Virus record (IMG/VR): IMGVR_UViG_3300048999_000117
Location: 1-53,491 of that record
DNA length: 53,491 nucleotides
Origin: a virus
Lineage: Duplodnaviria > Caudoviricetes
Direction: 5' to 3' (one strand)
Numbering within the stretch: position 1 is the first letter of the stretch; each line of letters opens with the position of its first letter. The translations under genes were made by a program, and so were the position numbers. Positions 9,401 to 18,343 of this stretch are shown one piece after another. The notes beneath the pieces are model-generated. The model was not told the origin of the DNA. It ran no database searches and saw only the letters and a list, made by a program, of their open reading frames with translations.

Positions 9401-10240
9401 ACGAAGAAGCTCCTCACCGCTGCGGCCAAGCGGGACAAGATTGCGGCCACGATCGCCGCCGCCAAGGCCTACGCGTCCGACGTCACCAAGAACGCGCGCG
9501 AGGGCGCGGGCCTGTCCAACCTCGGCATGGACGCCGACCAGGTCACGGCCGGCGGGATCAAGGCGGGGCTCGCGGGAAAGCTCGCGCAGGTCAAGCAGTT
9601 CACGAAGTACATCGACATCCTCGCGAAGAAGGGCCTCAACAAGGGGCTGCTGCGGCAGATCCTCAACATGGGCCCGGACGCCGGGTATGCCTACGCGAGC
9701 GCCCTCGTCGGCGCGGACAAGGGCACGTTCAAGTCGATCAACTCCCTGCAGTCCCAGCTCGACAAGAGCACGACGACGCTGGGACAGGTGGGCGCTGACC
9801 GGCTGTACGACAGCGGCAAGAACGCCTCGAAGGGCTTCCTCACTGGCCTTCTCTCGCAGGAGAAGGATCTTGAGAAGGTCATGGAGAAGCTGGCCAAGTC
9901 GATGCAGAAGAGTCTGAAGAAGGCTCTCGGCATCAAGTCGCCCGCGACCAAGATGATCCCCCACGGGATCAACACCGCCCGCGGTGTGGCCGTCGGCGTC
10001 CTCGCAGGCCTGCCCCACGTCGACCGCGCCATGGAGACGATGGCCGGCCGGATGGCGGGGCGTCCCGCAGTTGCCGGCCGCCCGGCTGTCGCGGGTGCGG
10101 GAGGCGGCACCGTCTACAACGTCCAGGTCGACGTGCACGACGCCATGGACCCCATCGCCGTAGGCCGTGAACTCCAGCGCGTCCTAGTGCAGTTCGGCCG
10201 CGCTCAGGGCACGACCGTCTCACTGAAGGTAGGGGGGTGA
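6431..10240 (+). CDS. Tape measure protein
   Basis: 1269 aa, Ala-rich helical; GPGTETSDSI..WLSKNEFVVNA and IxSP motifs; follows chaperone. Confidence 0.93.
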   Translation: MRLDFTLVGRDHLSRVLDRAGDASNRLGRRLLTTSINGDAAMRRMTNNTTRYLAGMQRDSEAGGKALEELKKATMLLAPAAIPAAASLLPIAAGAGAVAVASGAMIAAMVPQIAALGEAADAEKKYETAVTQHGAASAQAFQAQIAYQQAVAKMPPATREAAASLATLKKDYQGWSDSLAGDTMPVFTKGLALANTLLPKTSGLVKAASTEASRFETIIGGEMASPGLDRLNGKFTSFAQKTLRSVNDEIVHLLRAGQGTNVGGPAREFMDWAKAQGPTVAGVLKSVATALVHLLQAGSDVGVGLLQAVEVVSRLVSAVPPQAIAIFLQLALALKVTKAAALGLVAARTAVAAFATQVVAMQTAAAGAPGRLRAVGAAIGAMSRSAKVALVGTGIGLLILALTQLSSMGKKAPPDVDKLTTSLGKLAQTGKVTGEAARAFGANLGGLADSLRTLSRPSNLDKTQQFLTSLVGMDSTPVADAKKDLDGVDQALAGLVQGGKADLAKAAFDRVAASMRKQGMSTSELRSHLGDYTSALDDQAFESQLAAQAQGLFGQQAQKTQAALAAQKQSADGLRQSIQALNDVNRSALGGMIGFEGAIDAAADAAKKNAGALSMTHGQLNLNSQKARDAASALSDLAAKTDEAAAAERENGSSWEQVNAVYTRGRAAIIKNAQAMGLSKTEAKALADQILRIPNKTSKVQMETEDAKRDLTAFNAAVKRTPGSKSVTLTTLSKAGEQVLESFGLKVKRLPNGSVTVSTKGGALSAIANVAAALRRLNGKTATTWTYHNVRTTYSTAGSVSGGKSVHGMVGATGGLYTGAGFRHRGYSVGGLVDGPGTETSDSIFAPWLSKNEFVVNARRTRQYLPLLKALNSGKLALGSLGGSGGGTASAGMEAGRGLAAGMTGAAGLVGRAARTMASAVEAGIRDELEIRSPSKKTKALAADVGKGFIVGLTSTQAKIKSTSKDLVKDIKTAFSGKKESGLVAMVDRDTKKLLTAAAKRDKIAATIAAAKAYASDVTKNAREGAGLSNLGMDADQVTAGGIKAGLAGKLAQVKQFTKYIDILAKKGLNKGLLRQILNMGPDAGYAYASALVGADKGTFKSINSLQSQLDKSTTTLGQVGADRLYDSGKNASKGFLTGLLSQEKDLEKVMEKLAKSMQKSLKKALGIKSPATKMIPHGINTARGVAVGVLAGLPHVDRAMETMAGRMAGRPAVAGRPAVAGAGGGTVYNVQVDVHDAMDPIAVGRELQRVLVQFGRAQGTTVSLKVGG

Positions 10241-10244
10241 TCCC

Positions 10245-12698
10245 GTGGCCCTGCTAGCCGAGATGGGCTGGGGCGGCCTGATCCAGGCGCCCGCCACGAT
10301 CACGTGGACAGACATCAGCACCTACGTGGACACGGTCACGGGGGTGACCATCACCCGGGGCGCCTCCGACGAACTGTCGGAAACCCAGCCGGGCACGGCC
10401 TCCCTGAGGCTGGACAACCAGGACGGCAGGTTCACCCCTGGCAATTCGGGGTCGCTCTACTACCCCTACGTGCGCCGTAACGCGCCGATCCGGATCAGCG
10501 CGACCGTCATGCCCACGGTGTCCGGCTCGGCGCCCTACCCGCTCGCGATGCTGGGAGACGCGTTCGACGACGGCCGGGTCAACTCCACTCTCTGGGTGAC
10601 GAACACGGGCGGGGCCGGCGTCGAGACCAGCGAGGCCCGCCTGCGGATCACGCTGGCCCCGGGCGTCGACACGAACTTCACCAGCAGCCGACAGTGGAAG
10701 CTGCAGGGCAGCAAGCTCACCGCGAAGCTCGCGGCCGTGCCCGCGCTCAACGGCAGCTCCAACTGCGCCGCGTCGATGTGGGTGCTGGCCGTGACCTCCG
10801 GGACACGGATCGGCTGGCGCTACGACGCGAGCACCGGCGTGCTCGCCGCCATGTCGCAGGTGGGATCCACGGACGCCACCCCGACGAACCTCACGTACAG
10901 CGCGATCGACCACGCGTGGGTGAGGGTGCGTGAGTCGAGCGGCACCGTGTACTGGGAGACCTCCGGCGACGGCTACGCGTGGACGACCCGCCGCACCCTG
11001 GCCACCCCCGCCTGGGTCACGACCGACACCGTGGCGGCGGACTTCCCCACCACCCGCACCGGCGGCACATCCGGCTACATCGAGTGGGCGCTAGTCGGCG
11101 CCGAGATCAGGCCCCGCTTCTACGGCGTGGTCAACGAGTTCCCCGTCGACTGGGAGGGGCTGTCGTCCCACGTCACAATCTCGTGCACCGACCTGTTCAA
11201 GCGGCTCAACCGGCTGCCCACCCTGCGGTCGATGCTGACCGAGGAGATCGCCAACTTCCTCCCCGACGCGTACTACCCGCTCACCGAGCCGGACGATTCC
11301 ACCAGTGCCGGCGACGTGTCCGGCAACGGACTCTCGTCGATGGCCATCACCCAGGTCTCAACCGGCGGCACGCTCACCATGGGCACCGACACCGGGCCGG
11401 ACGCCACCGGCGACAGCACCCCCACGCTCACCCCGTCCACCGCCACCGCCGGGCTGTATCTGACGGTCGACCTGGGCGCCGCCACCCAACAGGCGCTCAC
11501 GAACAACCAGTTCTCCGTCGAAGGCTGGTTCAACACCACGACCACCGGCCGGGCCATCCTCGGCCTGTACTCACCCGACCTGCAGTGCGTGCAGGTCGTA
11601 TCGCTCTCGGCCAGCGGCGCCCTGCAGATTGAATGGACCGACTCCGGATCCAGCACCCTCACCGTGACAACGGTCGATGGCACCAGCGGCCTGGCCGACG
11701 GGAAGTGGCACCACTTCCAGTGGAGCCAGAGCCTCAGCGGGAGCGTCGCCGTCGACGGGGTCGGTGTCGACGCGTCCGTCCCGGTCACGGACGGATTCGA
11801 CCAGCGGTTCCTGCACATCGGCGGATACCGCGGCACGCGGCTGTGGTCCGGGTCCCTCGCCCACGTCGCGCTGTACGCACGCCCCTCGATCGGCAGCGTC
11901 CTCACCACCCACTACGCCTCGGGGATGACCGGAAACGCGGGCGAGGCCGCGGACAGCCGGATCGCCCGGTTCTGCTCATACGTGGGCCTGGTCGACGTCA
12001 TCGTCCAGGGATCCACCTTCGACCCGATCGCCTCCCAAGGACCAGGCGGTACAGGCGCGGTGGCGCGGATGCGGGAAGTGGAAAGCACCGAGTCCGCAAA
12101 ACTCTTCGCGGCCCGCGACCAGTACCTGATGACCATCCAGTCCCGCGACCTGCGCTACAACCCGTCGCTTGCCGGTGAAAGCTTCACCATTGCCTACGCC
12201 GATCTGGAGACCAAGAGCGTCGGGTTGTCCGACGACGACCAGAAGCTGATCAACAGTCTGGAGGCGTCCAGGCCGGGTGGCGCCACGCAGAAGGTGACCG
12301 CGCCCGAGAGCATCCTGGCGTTTGGCGTCTATGACCCTGGCGCTCTCTCCATCTTGAAGACCAGCGACAACTCCGTGCTGGACGCCGCGTACTGGCGGGT
12401 GTCCCGCTATGCCAACCCGGGGCCGGAGCTGCGTGAGGTGCCGGTCGAGGCCTACACGATGTCCACCTACCTGGGCATCCTCGCCGCCGACATCAGCAGC
12501 TACTTCTCCGTCACGTCGATGCCCGCGCAGGCGCCGTTCTCTTCGGTGCGCGTCACGGTCGAGGGCTACACCGAGACGATCAAGGAGAAGTCGCACCTCA
12601 TCCAGTTCCACACCAGCACCACCAACGGGGATTCCGTGTGGGTGCTGGACGACAGCACCTACTCCGTCCTCGACTCCACCACCCGCCTCGCCTACTAG
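10245..12698 (+). CDS. Minor tail / tail-tip protein with inserted lectin-like and LamG-like domains
   Basis: WTDIS..ITRG..LDNQDGRFTP N-terminus; SVEGWF..DGKWHH LamG-like motif. Confidence 0.8.
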   Translation: MALLAEMGWGGLIQAPATITWTDISTYVDTVTGVTITRGASDELSETQPGTASLRLDNQDGRFTPGNSGSLYYPYVRRNAPIRISATVMPTVSGSAPYPLAMLGDAFDDGRVNSTLWVTNTGGAGVETSEARLRITLAPGVDTNFTSSRQWKLQGSKLTAKLAAVPALNGSSNCAASMWVLAVTSGTRIGWRYDASTGVLAAMSQVGSTDATPTNLTYSAIDHAWVRVRESSGTVYWETSGDGYAWTTRRTLATPAWVTTDTVAADFPTTRTGGTSGYIEWALVGAEIRPRFYGVVNEFPVDWEGLSSHVTISCTDLFKRLNRLPTLRSMLTEEIANFLPDAYYPLTEPDDSTSAGDVSGNGLSSMAITQVSTGGTLTMGTDTGPDATGDSTPTLTPSTATAGLYLTVDLGAATQQALTNNQFSVEGWFNTTTTGRAILGLYSPDLQCVQVVSLSASGALQIEWTDSGSSTLTVTTVDGTSGLADGKWHHFQWSQSLSGSVAVDGVGVDASVPVTDGFDQRFLHIGGYRGTRLWSGSLAHVALYARPSIGSVLTTHYASGMTGNAGEAADSRIARFCSYVGLVDVIVQGSTFDPIASQGPGGTGAVARMREVESTESAKLFAARDQYLMTIQSRDLRYNPSLAGESFTIAYADLETKSVGLSDDDQKLINSLEASRPGGATQKVTAPESILAFGVYDPGALSILKTSDNSVLDAAYWRVSRYANPGPELREVPVEAYTMSTYLGILAADISSYFSVTSMPAQAPFSSVRVTVEGYTETIKEKSHLIQFHTSTTNGDSVWVLDDSTYSVLDSTTRLAY

Positions 12699-12706
12699 GA
12701 GCCCGC

Positions 12707-13210
12707 ATGATCGCCGTCGTCCGGGCGGAAACCTTCTACCTGCCCCCGTCCCAGCAGCAAGGCGCCTGGGATCTTGTGGCCCCCGCCGAGCGGGTGTTCC
12801 GCTGGGTCGAGCTGCGCCAGCAGCGCCGTCTCGTCCCGCCGGACGGGTACGTGATCGGGCAGAGCATCTACGCCCGCATCAACCACAACCGGTGGGTGGC
12901 CGACTGCCCCTGCGGCTCCGCGCAGGTCGTCACCCCCGCCGACCAGCGCATGGCCTGCACCGAGTGCGGCTACGGCTGGGTCCGGCTCATCTACCCCGAC
13001 GACCCGGCCGCCGCCGAAGCCAGCGTGGCGGACGAACTGCCGCACGAGCGGAACTGGTGGCACCCCGACGACCCGTCATGGGACCAACCGCCCGCCCCCG
13101 CGGAGCCTGAGCCCGAGGGCATGGAGCTCGCGAACGCTCTCGCCTCCGCACTGCTGGCTGGCACCCCGCCGACGTCGCTCGCATCAGTGGCCGAGGAGGC
13201 ATCCCGGTGA
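12707..13210 (+). CDS. Cys-rich tail-module protein (CPC...CxxC)
   Basis: ATG 12707 with AGGAG RBS; [14 protein letters not shown]. Confidence 0.7.
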   Translation: MIAVVRAETFYLPPSQQQGAWDLVAPAERVFRWVELRQQRRLVPPDGYVIGQSIYARINHNRWVADCPCGSAQVVTPADQRMACTECGYGWVRLIYPDDPAAAEASVADELPHERNWWHPDDPSWDQPPAPAEPEPEGMELANALASALLAGTPPTSLASVAEEASR

Positions 13211-13704
13211 CATTCGCCCCCCGGACCTGGGTCGTCGGCGAAGTGGTCAGCGCGGCCCTGATGAACCAGGAGATCCGCGACCAGTTCAACAGCATCTTCG
13301 CCGCCTGGTCGACGTACACCCCGAACTGGACCGCGGCCACCACCGCTCCGGTCCTCGGCAACGGGACCCTGGTCGGCCGGTACATGAAGATCGGCCGGAC
13401 CGTGATCATGCACGCAAACCTCACGATGGGGTCGACGACCACCTACGGCTCCGGCGGCTACTCCTTCGACCTGCCTGCCACCGCGTCCAACGCGGGCGCC
13501 GCCTACATCGGCAACGCGCATTTGCTGGGCGGCACCCGGTGGGCCGGGCAACTCGTCATCGCCCCCACCGCGACCAACACCTCGCCGTTCTTCCCGACCA
13601 ACACCACGACGACCAATCTTGCTCAGATGGCTGCGGCCGCGCCGGTCACCCTTGCCTCCACCCACCAGCTGCGGATGACCGCGGTCTACGAAGCCGCAGC
13701 CTGA
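13207..13704 (+). CDS. Minor tail protein
   Basis: [19 protein letters not shown]-terminus and [10 protein letters not shown] motif typical of actinophage tail proteins. Confidence 0.75.
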   Translation: MTFAPRTWVVGEVVSAALMNQEIRDQFNSIFAAWSTYTPNWTAATTAPVLGNGTLVGRYMKIGRTVIMHANLTMGSTTTYGSGGYSFDLPATASNAGAAYIGNAHLLGGTRWAGQLVIAPTATNTSPFFPTNTTTTNLAQMAAAAPVTLASTHQLRMTAVYEAAA

Positions 13705-13714
13705 GGATCCCCGC

Positions 13715-13957
13715 ATGGACTTCACGACCCCCGTGCCCATCGGCACGGACACCAGCCCGCTCTACCAGATCACCGTCAACGACAACGGCCAGGATGGCGG
13801 CACCACCACCCAGCTCGTCGTCTCCGGGTTCCCTCCCACCGCCGACCTCACCGCCGCCGACACCGCAGTCCAGGCGCTGGCCGAGGCCTACGCGGCGGCC
13901 GCCGGCTACCGCGTCGTCGGCATCAGCCGGATCACGGTCACCAGCGCCGACCTGTAG
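13715..13957 (+). CDS. Small hypothetical protein (end of tail module)
   Basis: GAGG RBS, typical codon usage. Confidence 0.65.
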   Translation: MDFTTPVPIGTDTSPLYQITVNDNGQDGGTTTQLVVSGFPPTADLTAADTAVQALAEAYAAAAGYRVVGISRITVTSADL

Positions 13958-13983
13958 CCCCCACTCACGCCCGCACGTCGTCT

Positions 13984-14010
13984 GCCCTGAGCCACTTGGC
14001 CGGGGCTTTT
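13984..14010 (+). terminator. Possible intrinsic terminator between tail and lysis modules
   Basis: Imperfect GC hairpin followed by TTTT. Confidence 0.45.
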
Positions 14011-14030
14011 CTCATGCCCCGAGGAGCTTG

Positions 14031-14840
14031 ATGACCACGCACGTCTACGAGCCGACGGACCCCCGGCTCGGCCGCCACGTACACCACGACTCACGGTCCC
14101 TGGCCTATGCCCATGGTGTCCTGCCCCAGTCCGCGATCAAGTCCGTCGACTGGGTCCGTCGCGCCCCCGTCTTTGACCAGGGCCAGCTCGGCAGCTGCAC
14201 CGGCAACGCGGCGGCCGGCCTCGTCGGTACGGACTCCGCGGCCCGTAGCGGCTTCACCTCCGTCACCGTCGACAACAGCGTCCTGCCCGTCGACGAGGAC
14301 CTCGCCGTGAAGGTGTACTCGCTGGCCACACAGTTGGACGACTTCAAGGGCACCTACCCGCCCACCGACACCGGCTCGTCCGGACTCGGCGCGGCCAAGG
14401 CCCTCGTCAAGCTGGGCCTCGCCTCGAAGTACAGCCACGCGTTCAGCCTCGACGCCCTCAAGAGCGCACTGCAGTCCGGGCCGGTCATGGTCGGCACGGT
14501 GTGGCTGGAGTCGATGTTCGACGTCCGCTCGAACACCGGCTACGTCATCGTCGACCGCAAGTCCGCGGTGGCTGGCGGCCACGAGTACGTCATCTCCTCG
14601 TTCGATGCCTTCGCGCTCGCCTTCCGCATCGACAACTCGTGGTCGGAGTCATGGGGCGTGCGCGGCTCGGCCTGGATCACCGAGGCCGACATGCAGTGGC
14701 TCCTGTCCCAGGACGGCGATGTGACCGTACCCGCCTGGGCGACCGCCCCCGTGCCGACGCCGGTACCGAGCCCGTCGGCGCCGACGGGCGTGCAGGTCGC
14801 GACCGCTGTCCGAGACGCCCTGACCAAGCTGGAGGTGTGA
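14031..14840 (+). CDS. Papain-like cysteine peptidase (C1 family)
   Basis: [12 protein letters not shown] (oxyanion Q, catalytic C), GGHEY (H), NSW..SWG (N); GAGGAG RBS. Confidence 0.85.
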   Translation: MTTHVYEPTDPRLGRHVHHDSRSLAYAHGVLPQSAIKSVDWVRRAPVFDQGQLGSCTGNAAAGLVGTDSAARSGFTSVTVDNSVLPVDEDLAVKVYSLATQLDDFKGTYPPTDTGSSGLGAAKALVKLGLASKYSHAFSLDALKSALQSGPVMVGTVWLESMFDVRSNTGYVIVDRKSAVAGGHEYVISSFDAFALAFRIDNSWSESWGVRGSAWITEADMQWLLSQDGDVTVPAWATAPVPTPVPSPSAPTGVQVATAVRDALTKLEV

Positions 14841-14841
14841 C

Positions 14842-15762
14842 ATGGCGACGCCCCTGACCGCCACCAAGATGCTCGCCGTACTGAAGGCCGAGGGACTCAC
14901 CGTCCACGAGCACACCGGCTGGACGACGCACAACCGCGAGGCCGCGACCGGCAAGACCTTCGGCCCCGTGATCGGCGTACTGATCCACCACACGGCCGGG
15001 CACGGCGACAAGGAGATCTGCTACAACGGCAGATCCGACCTGCCGGGCCCGCTCTGCCACTCCTGGCTCGGCAAGTCCGAAGGCCTGTGGATGATCGGCC
15101 ACGGCCGCGCCAACCATGCCGGCCTGGTAGACCTCGACGTCCTGAACGCGCTGCGTGCCGAGGCGAGCCCGCTGCCGCACGACGACCAAGCCAACGCCGA
15201 CGGCAACGACGTGCTGTACGGGCTGGAGATCGAGAACCTCGGCAACGGCAAGGACCCCTACCCGGACGCGCAGTACCGCCAGGCCGTGCTGTGGGCCGCC
15301 GCGCTGTGCCGGGCGCACGGGTGGACGGAGAAGTCCGTCGCCGGGCACAAGGAAGTCCAGCCCGGGAAGATCGACCCGAGCTTCGACATGGACGGCTTCC
15401 GCGCCGACGTGAAGAAGCAGCTTGCCACCAAGCCCGGCGGCGGCACGGTCACGCCGACGCCCGCCAAGCCGAAGGTCGACCTGTCCCAGCTCATCGCCGC
15501 CGCGAAGACCGACCCCGGCGCGAGGCAGGGCCACGTCAGCTACATGGCCGGCACGAACCTCACCGAGGCGGCCCTGGTGAAGCTGGGCTACCTCGCCAAG
15601 ACCTACGCGGGCGACGGCTCCTTCGGGTCGACCACGGTCAAGGCCTACGCCAAGTGGCAGCAGCACCTCGGCTACACGGGGACCGACGCCAACGGCATCC
15701 CCGGCAACGCCTCCCTCAGCAAGCTCGGCGCGCAGACCGGGCTGTTCACGGTGATCGCGTGA
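14842..15762 (+). CDS. Endolysin, N-acetylmuramoyl-L-alanine amidase with C-terminal peptidoglycan-binding domain
   Basis: IHHTAG, GRANHAG, GLEIEN, GHKE..KIDP motifs; GDGSFG..T..A..WQ..LG..ANGIPG binding domain. Confidence 0.92.
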   Translation: MATPLTATKMLAVLKAEGLTVHEHTGWTTHNREAATGKTFGPVIGVLIHHTAGHGDKEICYNGRSDLPGPLCHSWLGKSEGLWMIGHGRANHAGLVDLDVLNALRAEASPLPHDDQANADGNDVLYGLEIENLGNGKDPYPDAQYRQAVLWAAALCRAHGWTEKSVAGHKEVQPGKIDPSFDMDGFRADVKKQLATKPGGGTVTPTPAKPKVDLSQLIAAAKTDPGARQGHVSYMAGTNLTEAALVKLGYLAKTYAGDGSFGSTTVKAYAKWQQHLGYTGTDANGIPGNASLSKLGAQTGLFTVIA

Positions 15763-15851
15763 TCGGGCGCCTCTTCTGTAAGGAATGCGTGCTGCTGCGC
15801 TTCGGGGCGGCCCACGTGTTTCGCGTCGCGATCGGAGTGTGCGCCCTGTGA
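15759..15851 (+). CDS. Putative 30-aa micro-protein coupling the endolysin to the HAD gene
   Basis: GTGA overlaps at both ends; VIGRLFCKECVLLRFGAAHVFRVAIGVCAL. Confidence 0.45.
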   Translation: MIGRLFCKECVLLRFGAAHVFRVAIGVCAL

Positions 15852-16255
15852 CCGGAACCGTGGCGGTGGACTTCGACGGGGTCCTGCACTCATACGACAA
15901 GGGCTGGCACGACGGCACGATCTACGGCGACTGGGTCACCGATGCCGACGCCGCTCTGACCCAACTCATGCAGCGGTACGCCGTGTTCGTGCACACCACC
16001 CGCAACCCGAAGCAGGTGGCTCGTTGGATCGAGCAGCGGACGGGTTACGGCATTGAGTGCACAACACGGGTTCCGCGCACCTGGTACGGGCGGCGTAAGC
16101 CGTTCTGGAATACGCGAGGGCTGCTACTGGTCACGGACCGGAAGCTGGCCGCTGTCGCGTACATCGACGACCGCGCGGTGCGGTTCGCCAACTGGCACGA
16201 CGCGCTGGCTGCGGTCGACGTCGAGCCGTTCTTCAAGAAGGAGCCCTGCTCATGA
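15848..16255 (+). CDS. HAD-superfamily phosphatase-like protein
   Basis: VAVDFDGVLH motif I, TTR motif II, K..A..YIDDRA motifs III/IV; GGAG RBS. Confidence 0.8.
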   Translation: MTGTVAVDFDGVLHSYDKGWHDGTIYGDWVTDADAALTQLMQRYAVFVHTTRNPKQVARWIEQRTGYGIECTTRVPRTWYGRRKPFWNTRGLLLVTDRKLAAVAYIDDRAVRFANWHDALAAVDVEPFFKKEPCS

Positions 16256-16560
16256 ACGTCGACCTTCCGGCCGCCTACTGGCTTGGCCTGCTCACCTCCG
16301 TCGTACTGCCCGTCCTCGTCGGACTGGTGACCACGAGAGTCACCAACTCGGGATGGAAGGCAGTGCTCCTGCTCGCGCTCAGCACCGCGACCGGCTTCGT
16401 CACCGAGTACGCGGGCCCGCATGACGCCGGGTACAGCGTGGGTACCGCGGCAGTGCTCGCCCTCGTGTCGTTCGGCGCGGGCATCCTGTCTCACTTCGGC
16501 TTCTGGAAGCCGACCGGAGTGAGCGGGCTGGCGCAGGACAACTTCATCAAGGCAGCCTGA
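16252..16560 (+). CDS. Putative holin
   Basis: 102 aa with 3 hydrophobic segments, in lysis cassette. Confidence 0.7.
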   Translation: MNVDLPAAYWLGLLTSVVLPVLVGLVTTRVTNSGWKAVLLLALSTATGFVTEYAGPHDAGYSVGTAAVLALVSFGAGILSHFGFWKPTGVSGLAQDNFIKAA

Positions 16561-16596
16561 CCTGCCCCATGAGCGCGTCGGGGAGGTGGTGGTGGC

Positions 16597-16863
16597 GTGG
16601 ACGCGGCCATGGTCACGGCGATCGGCGCACTGATCGCCGGGCCCGTGGCCGCGGCGGCTGCCATGTACGGCAACCGCGGCGCGAACAGGGCGGCCCGGGA
16701 GGCCAGCGCAGTGACGGGATACGACAGCCTCACGAAACGGCTCGTCGCCGAGCGGGACAAAGCGGAGACGGACCAAGGGAAGGCGGAGCAGCGTGCCGAG
16801 GTGCTGGAGCTGGAGGTCGCGCGGCTCCGGCTTCTGGTGACCCAGCTCGGGGGGACACCATGA
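16597..16863 (+). CDS. Membrane protein with one TM and a coiled coil (lysis accessory)
   Basis: N-terminal hydrophobic segment then heptad-rich helix. Confidence 0.7.
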   Translation: MDAAMVTAIGALIAGPVAAAAAMYGNRGANRAAREASAVTGYDSLTKRLVAERDKAETDQGKAEQRAEVLELEVARLRLLVTQLGGTP

Positions 16864-17516
16864 CGAACACCGAGCTGGCCCTGTACCGCAGCCGACATCT
16901 GCTGTGGGTGACGGCGATCCTCCTGTTCATCGGCGGCGCCGTCGCGGTGTCGTGGCTCCTCGTCGACCGGGCTCAGCTGGCGGACCGACTGGCGCACGAG
17001 GCAGACCTCCGCGGCACCGCGGTGTCGACGCTGGCAGGGGACGTGCGGGCCCTACGTCAGCAGGTCCAGGCCGAAGGTGCGACACCGGTGGCGCCGGACC
17101 CGACGAAGGCGGTAGAGGATCTCCCGAAGCGCGCCGAAGTACCGGTACCCATCCCGGGCCCGCAGGGTGCCGCAGGAAGTCCGGGACCGTCAGGGTCGCC
17201 GGGGTCGCCGGGCGCGAGCGGCAGCCCGGGAACGGCAGGTTCACCAGGAACGATCGGCCCGTCTGGGCCGGTCGGTCCTACGGGACCGCAGGGCGAACAA
17301 GGGCCCGCCGGCCCCGCAGGCCAGGACGGGAAAGACGGCCAGGACGGGACGGACGGGCAGGCCTGTCCGGACGGCTACAGTCTGCAAGCCCCATCGTGGG
17401 ACGCGGACGCCCTGGTGTGCCGGAAGGACGGCGCGCCGCAACCGAGCGACTCACCCTCTCCGTCGCCGTCCACAGCGACGTTGGGACTGGATCCGCAGCG
17501 CCGCGTATACGTATGA
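16860..17516 (+). CDS. Membrane-anchored collagen-like protein
   Basis: ATGA-coupled start 16860; TM, coiled coil, 23 consecutive Gly-X-Y triplets, Cys pair, Ser/Pro tail. Confidence 0.85.
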   Translation: MTNTELALYRSRHLLWVTAILLFIGGAVAVSWLLVDRAQLADRLAHEADLRGTAVSTLAGDVRALRQQVQAEGATPVAPDPTKAVEDLPKRAEVPVPIPGPQGAAGSPGPSGSPGSPGASGSPGTAGSPGTIGPSGPVGPTGPQGEQGPAGPAGQDGKDGQDGTDGQACPDGYSLQAPSWDADALVCRKDGAPQPSDSPSPSPSTATLGLDPQRRVYV

Positions 17517-17521
17517 CGCAT

Positions 17522-17558
17522 GCCCCTGCTGCTCGCCTCCGCGGCGAGCGGTGGGGGC
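17522..17558. terminator. Bidirectional terminator hairpin ending the late operon
   Basis: GCCCCTGCTGCTCGCC...GGCGAGCGGTGGGGGC between convergent genes. Confidence 0.65.
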
Positions 17559-17700
17559 GCTTCGTCATGTCTGCAGGCCGCGCGCTGAACCCCGGCGTTG
17601 TCAGACCTCGCGGCTACGCTGGCGTCATCCAATTCAGCTACCTGCGGGAAGCTGCTGGCCGCGCCCCGCCGACATGGAACCCCGGCGGGGCGTGCTGCTG

Positions 17701-17895
17701 TCACGCCGCTTCGGTCAACTCGCTGCGCCAGCGCTCGACCGCGACCGCAACGGCCCACTCGGCAACGAGATCCGCGTACCGCCGGCGCGACTCCCCGTAC
17801 AACCATCCGCCCGCCGCCTCGACCAGCGCGCGGATCTCCTCGTTCACCACGGCAGCAGACCGCGCGGAACCAGCCGTGTTGGGGTTGGGGGACAT
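17701..17895 (-). CDS. Small hypothetical protein, probably leaderless
   Basis: 64 aa; promoter -10 lies 6 nt upstream of the ATG. Confidence 0.7.
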   Translation of the reverse strand: MSPNPNTAGSARSAAVVNEEIRALVEAAGGWLYGESRRRYADLVAEWAVAVAVERWRSELTEAA

Positions 17896-17901
17896 GCGAC
17901 A

Positions 17902-17923
17902 AGCCTATGGCCCGGCACTGACA
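17902..17923 (-). promoter_or_regulatory. RecA-NDp/PafBC-type DNA-damage promoter
   Basis: Minus strand TGTCAG-N10-TAGGCT-N6-ATG. Confidence 0.7.
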
Positions 17924-18005
17924 GTGCGCACTGGCGCAGGGGCAACGGCCGTGGTCCTCTACGACCCGAGTTGCTGAAACCCATCGAGGGAGTGAGGGGA
18001 ACACT

Positions 18006-18200
18006 GTGCCGGATATCCAAGACGGGCAACTGACCTGGAAGACGTCCACGTACACCGACACCGGGGCGTGCGTCGAATGGGCGCGGCCCACGGAAGGCGT
18101 CCTGGTCCGGGACACCAAGTGCCGCAAGCGGGCACGGATGGCGGTCGCACGACCCGCGTGGACGGGCTTCGTCGACTGGGCAAAGACCGCCACCGTCTGA
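18006..18200 (+). CDS. DUF397 domain protein
   Basis: WKTSTYT..GACVE....VLVRDTK.....AW..FV signature. Confidence 0.9.
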   Translation: MPDIQDGQLTWKTSTYTDTGACVEWARPTEGVLVRDTKCRKRARMAVARPAWTGFVDWAKTATV

Positions 18201-18207
18201 GCACCCA

Positions 18208-18250
18208 AAGGCCCCTGCCCGGTCCTCGTGACCTGGCAGGGGCACCTTCG
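18208..18250 (+). terminator. Hairpin after the DUF397 gene
   Basis: AGGCCCCTGCC..GGTC/GACC..GGCAGGGGCACCTT inverted repeat. Confidence 0.55.
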
Positions 18251-18343
18251 TTTGTACGCCCTCGTCCCAGCAGGGGCGCCCTGTTGCGGACGACGGCGAG
18301 ACGGCTACGGTGCCGCAGACCACCAACCAGGAGGGGAACACCA

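Noticed and set aside
9200-10100. Repeated IxSP motifs and AGRPAV repeats in the tape measure C-terminus
   Set aside because: Ordinary tape-measure features.
10245-13704. Diversity-generating retroelement or tail-fibre invertase system
   Set aside because: No reverse transcriptase, no near-identical template/variable repeat pair, no invertase. The head/tail paralogy is old and visible only at protein level.
17156-17365. Periodic repeats as a CRISPR array or VNTR
   Set aside because: Explained by Gly-X-Y collagen codons; no repeat-spacer structure or cas genes were seen in the window.
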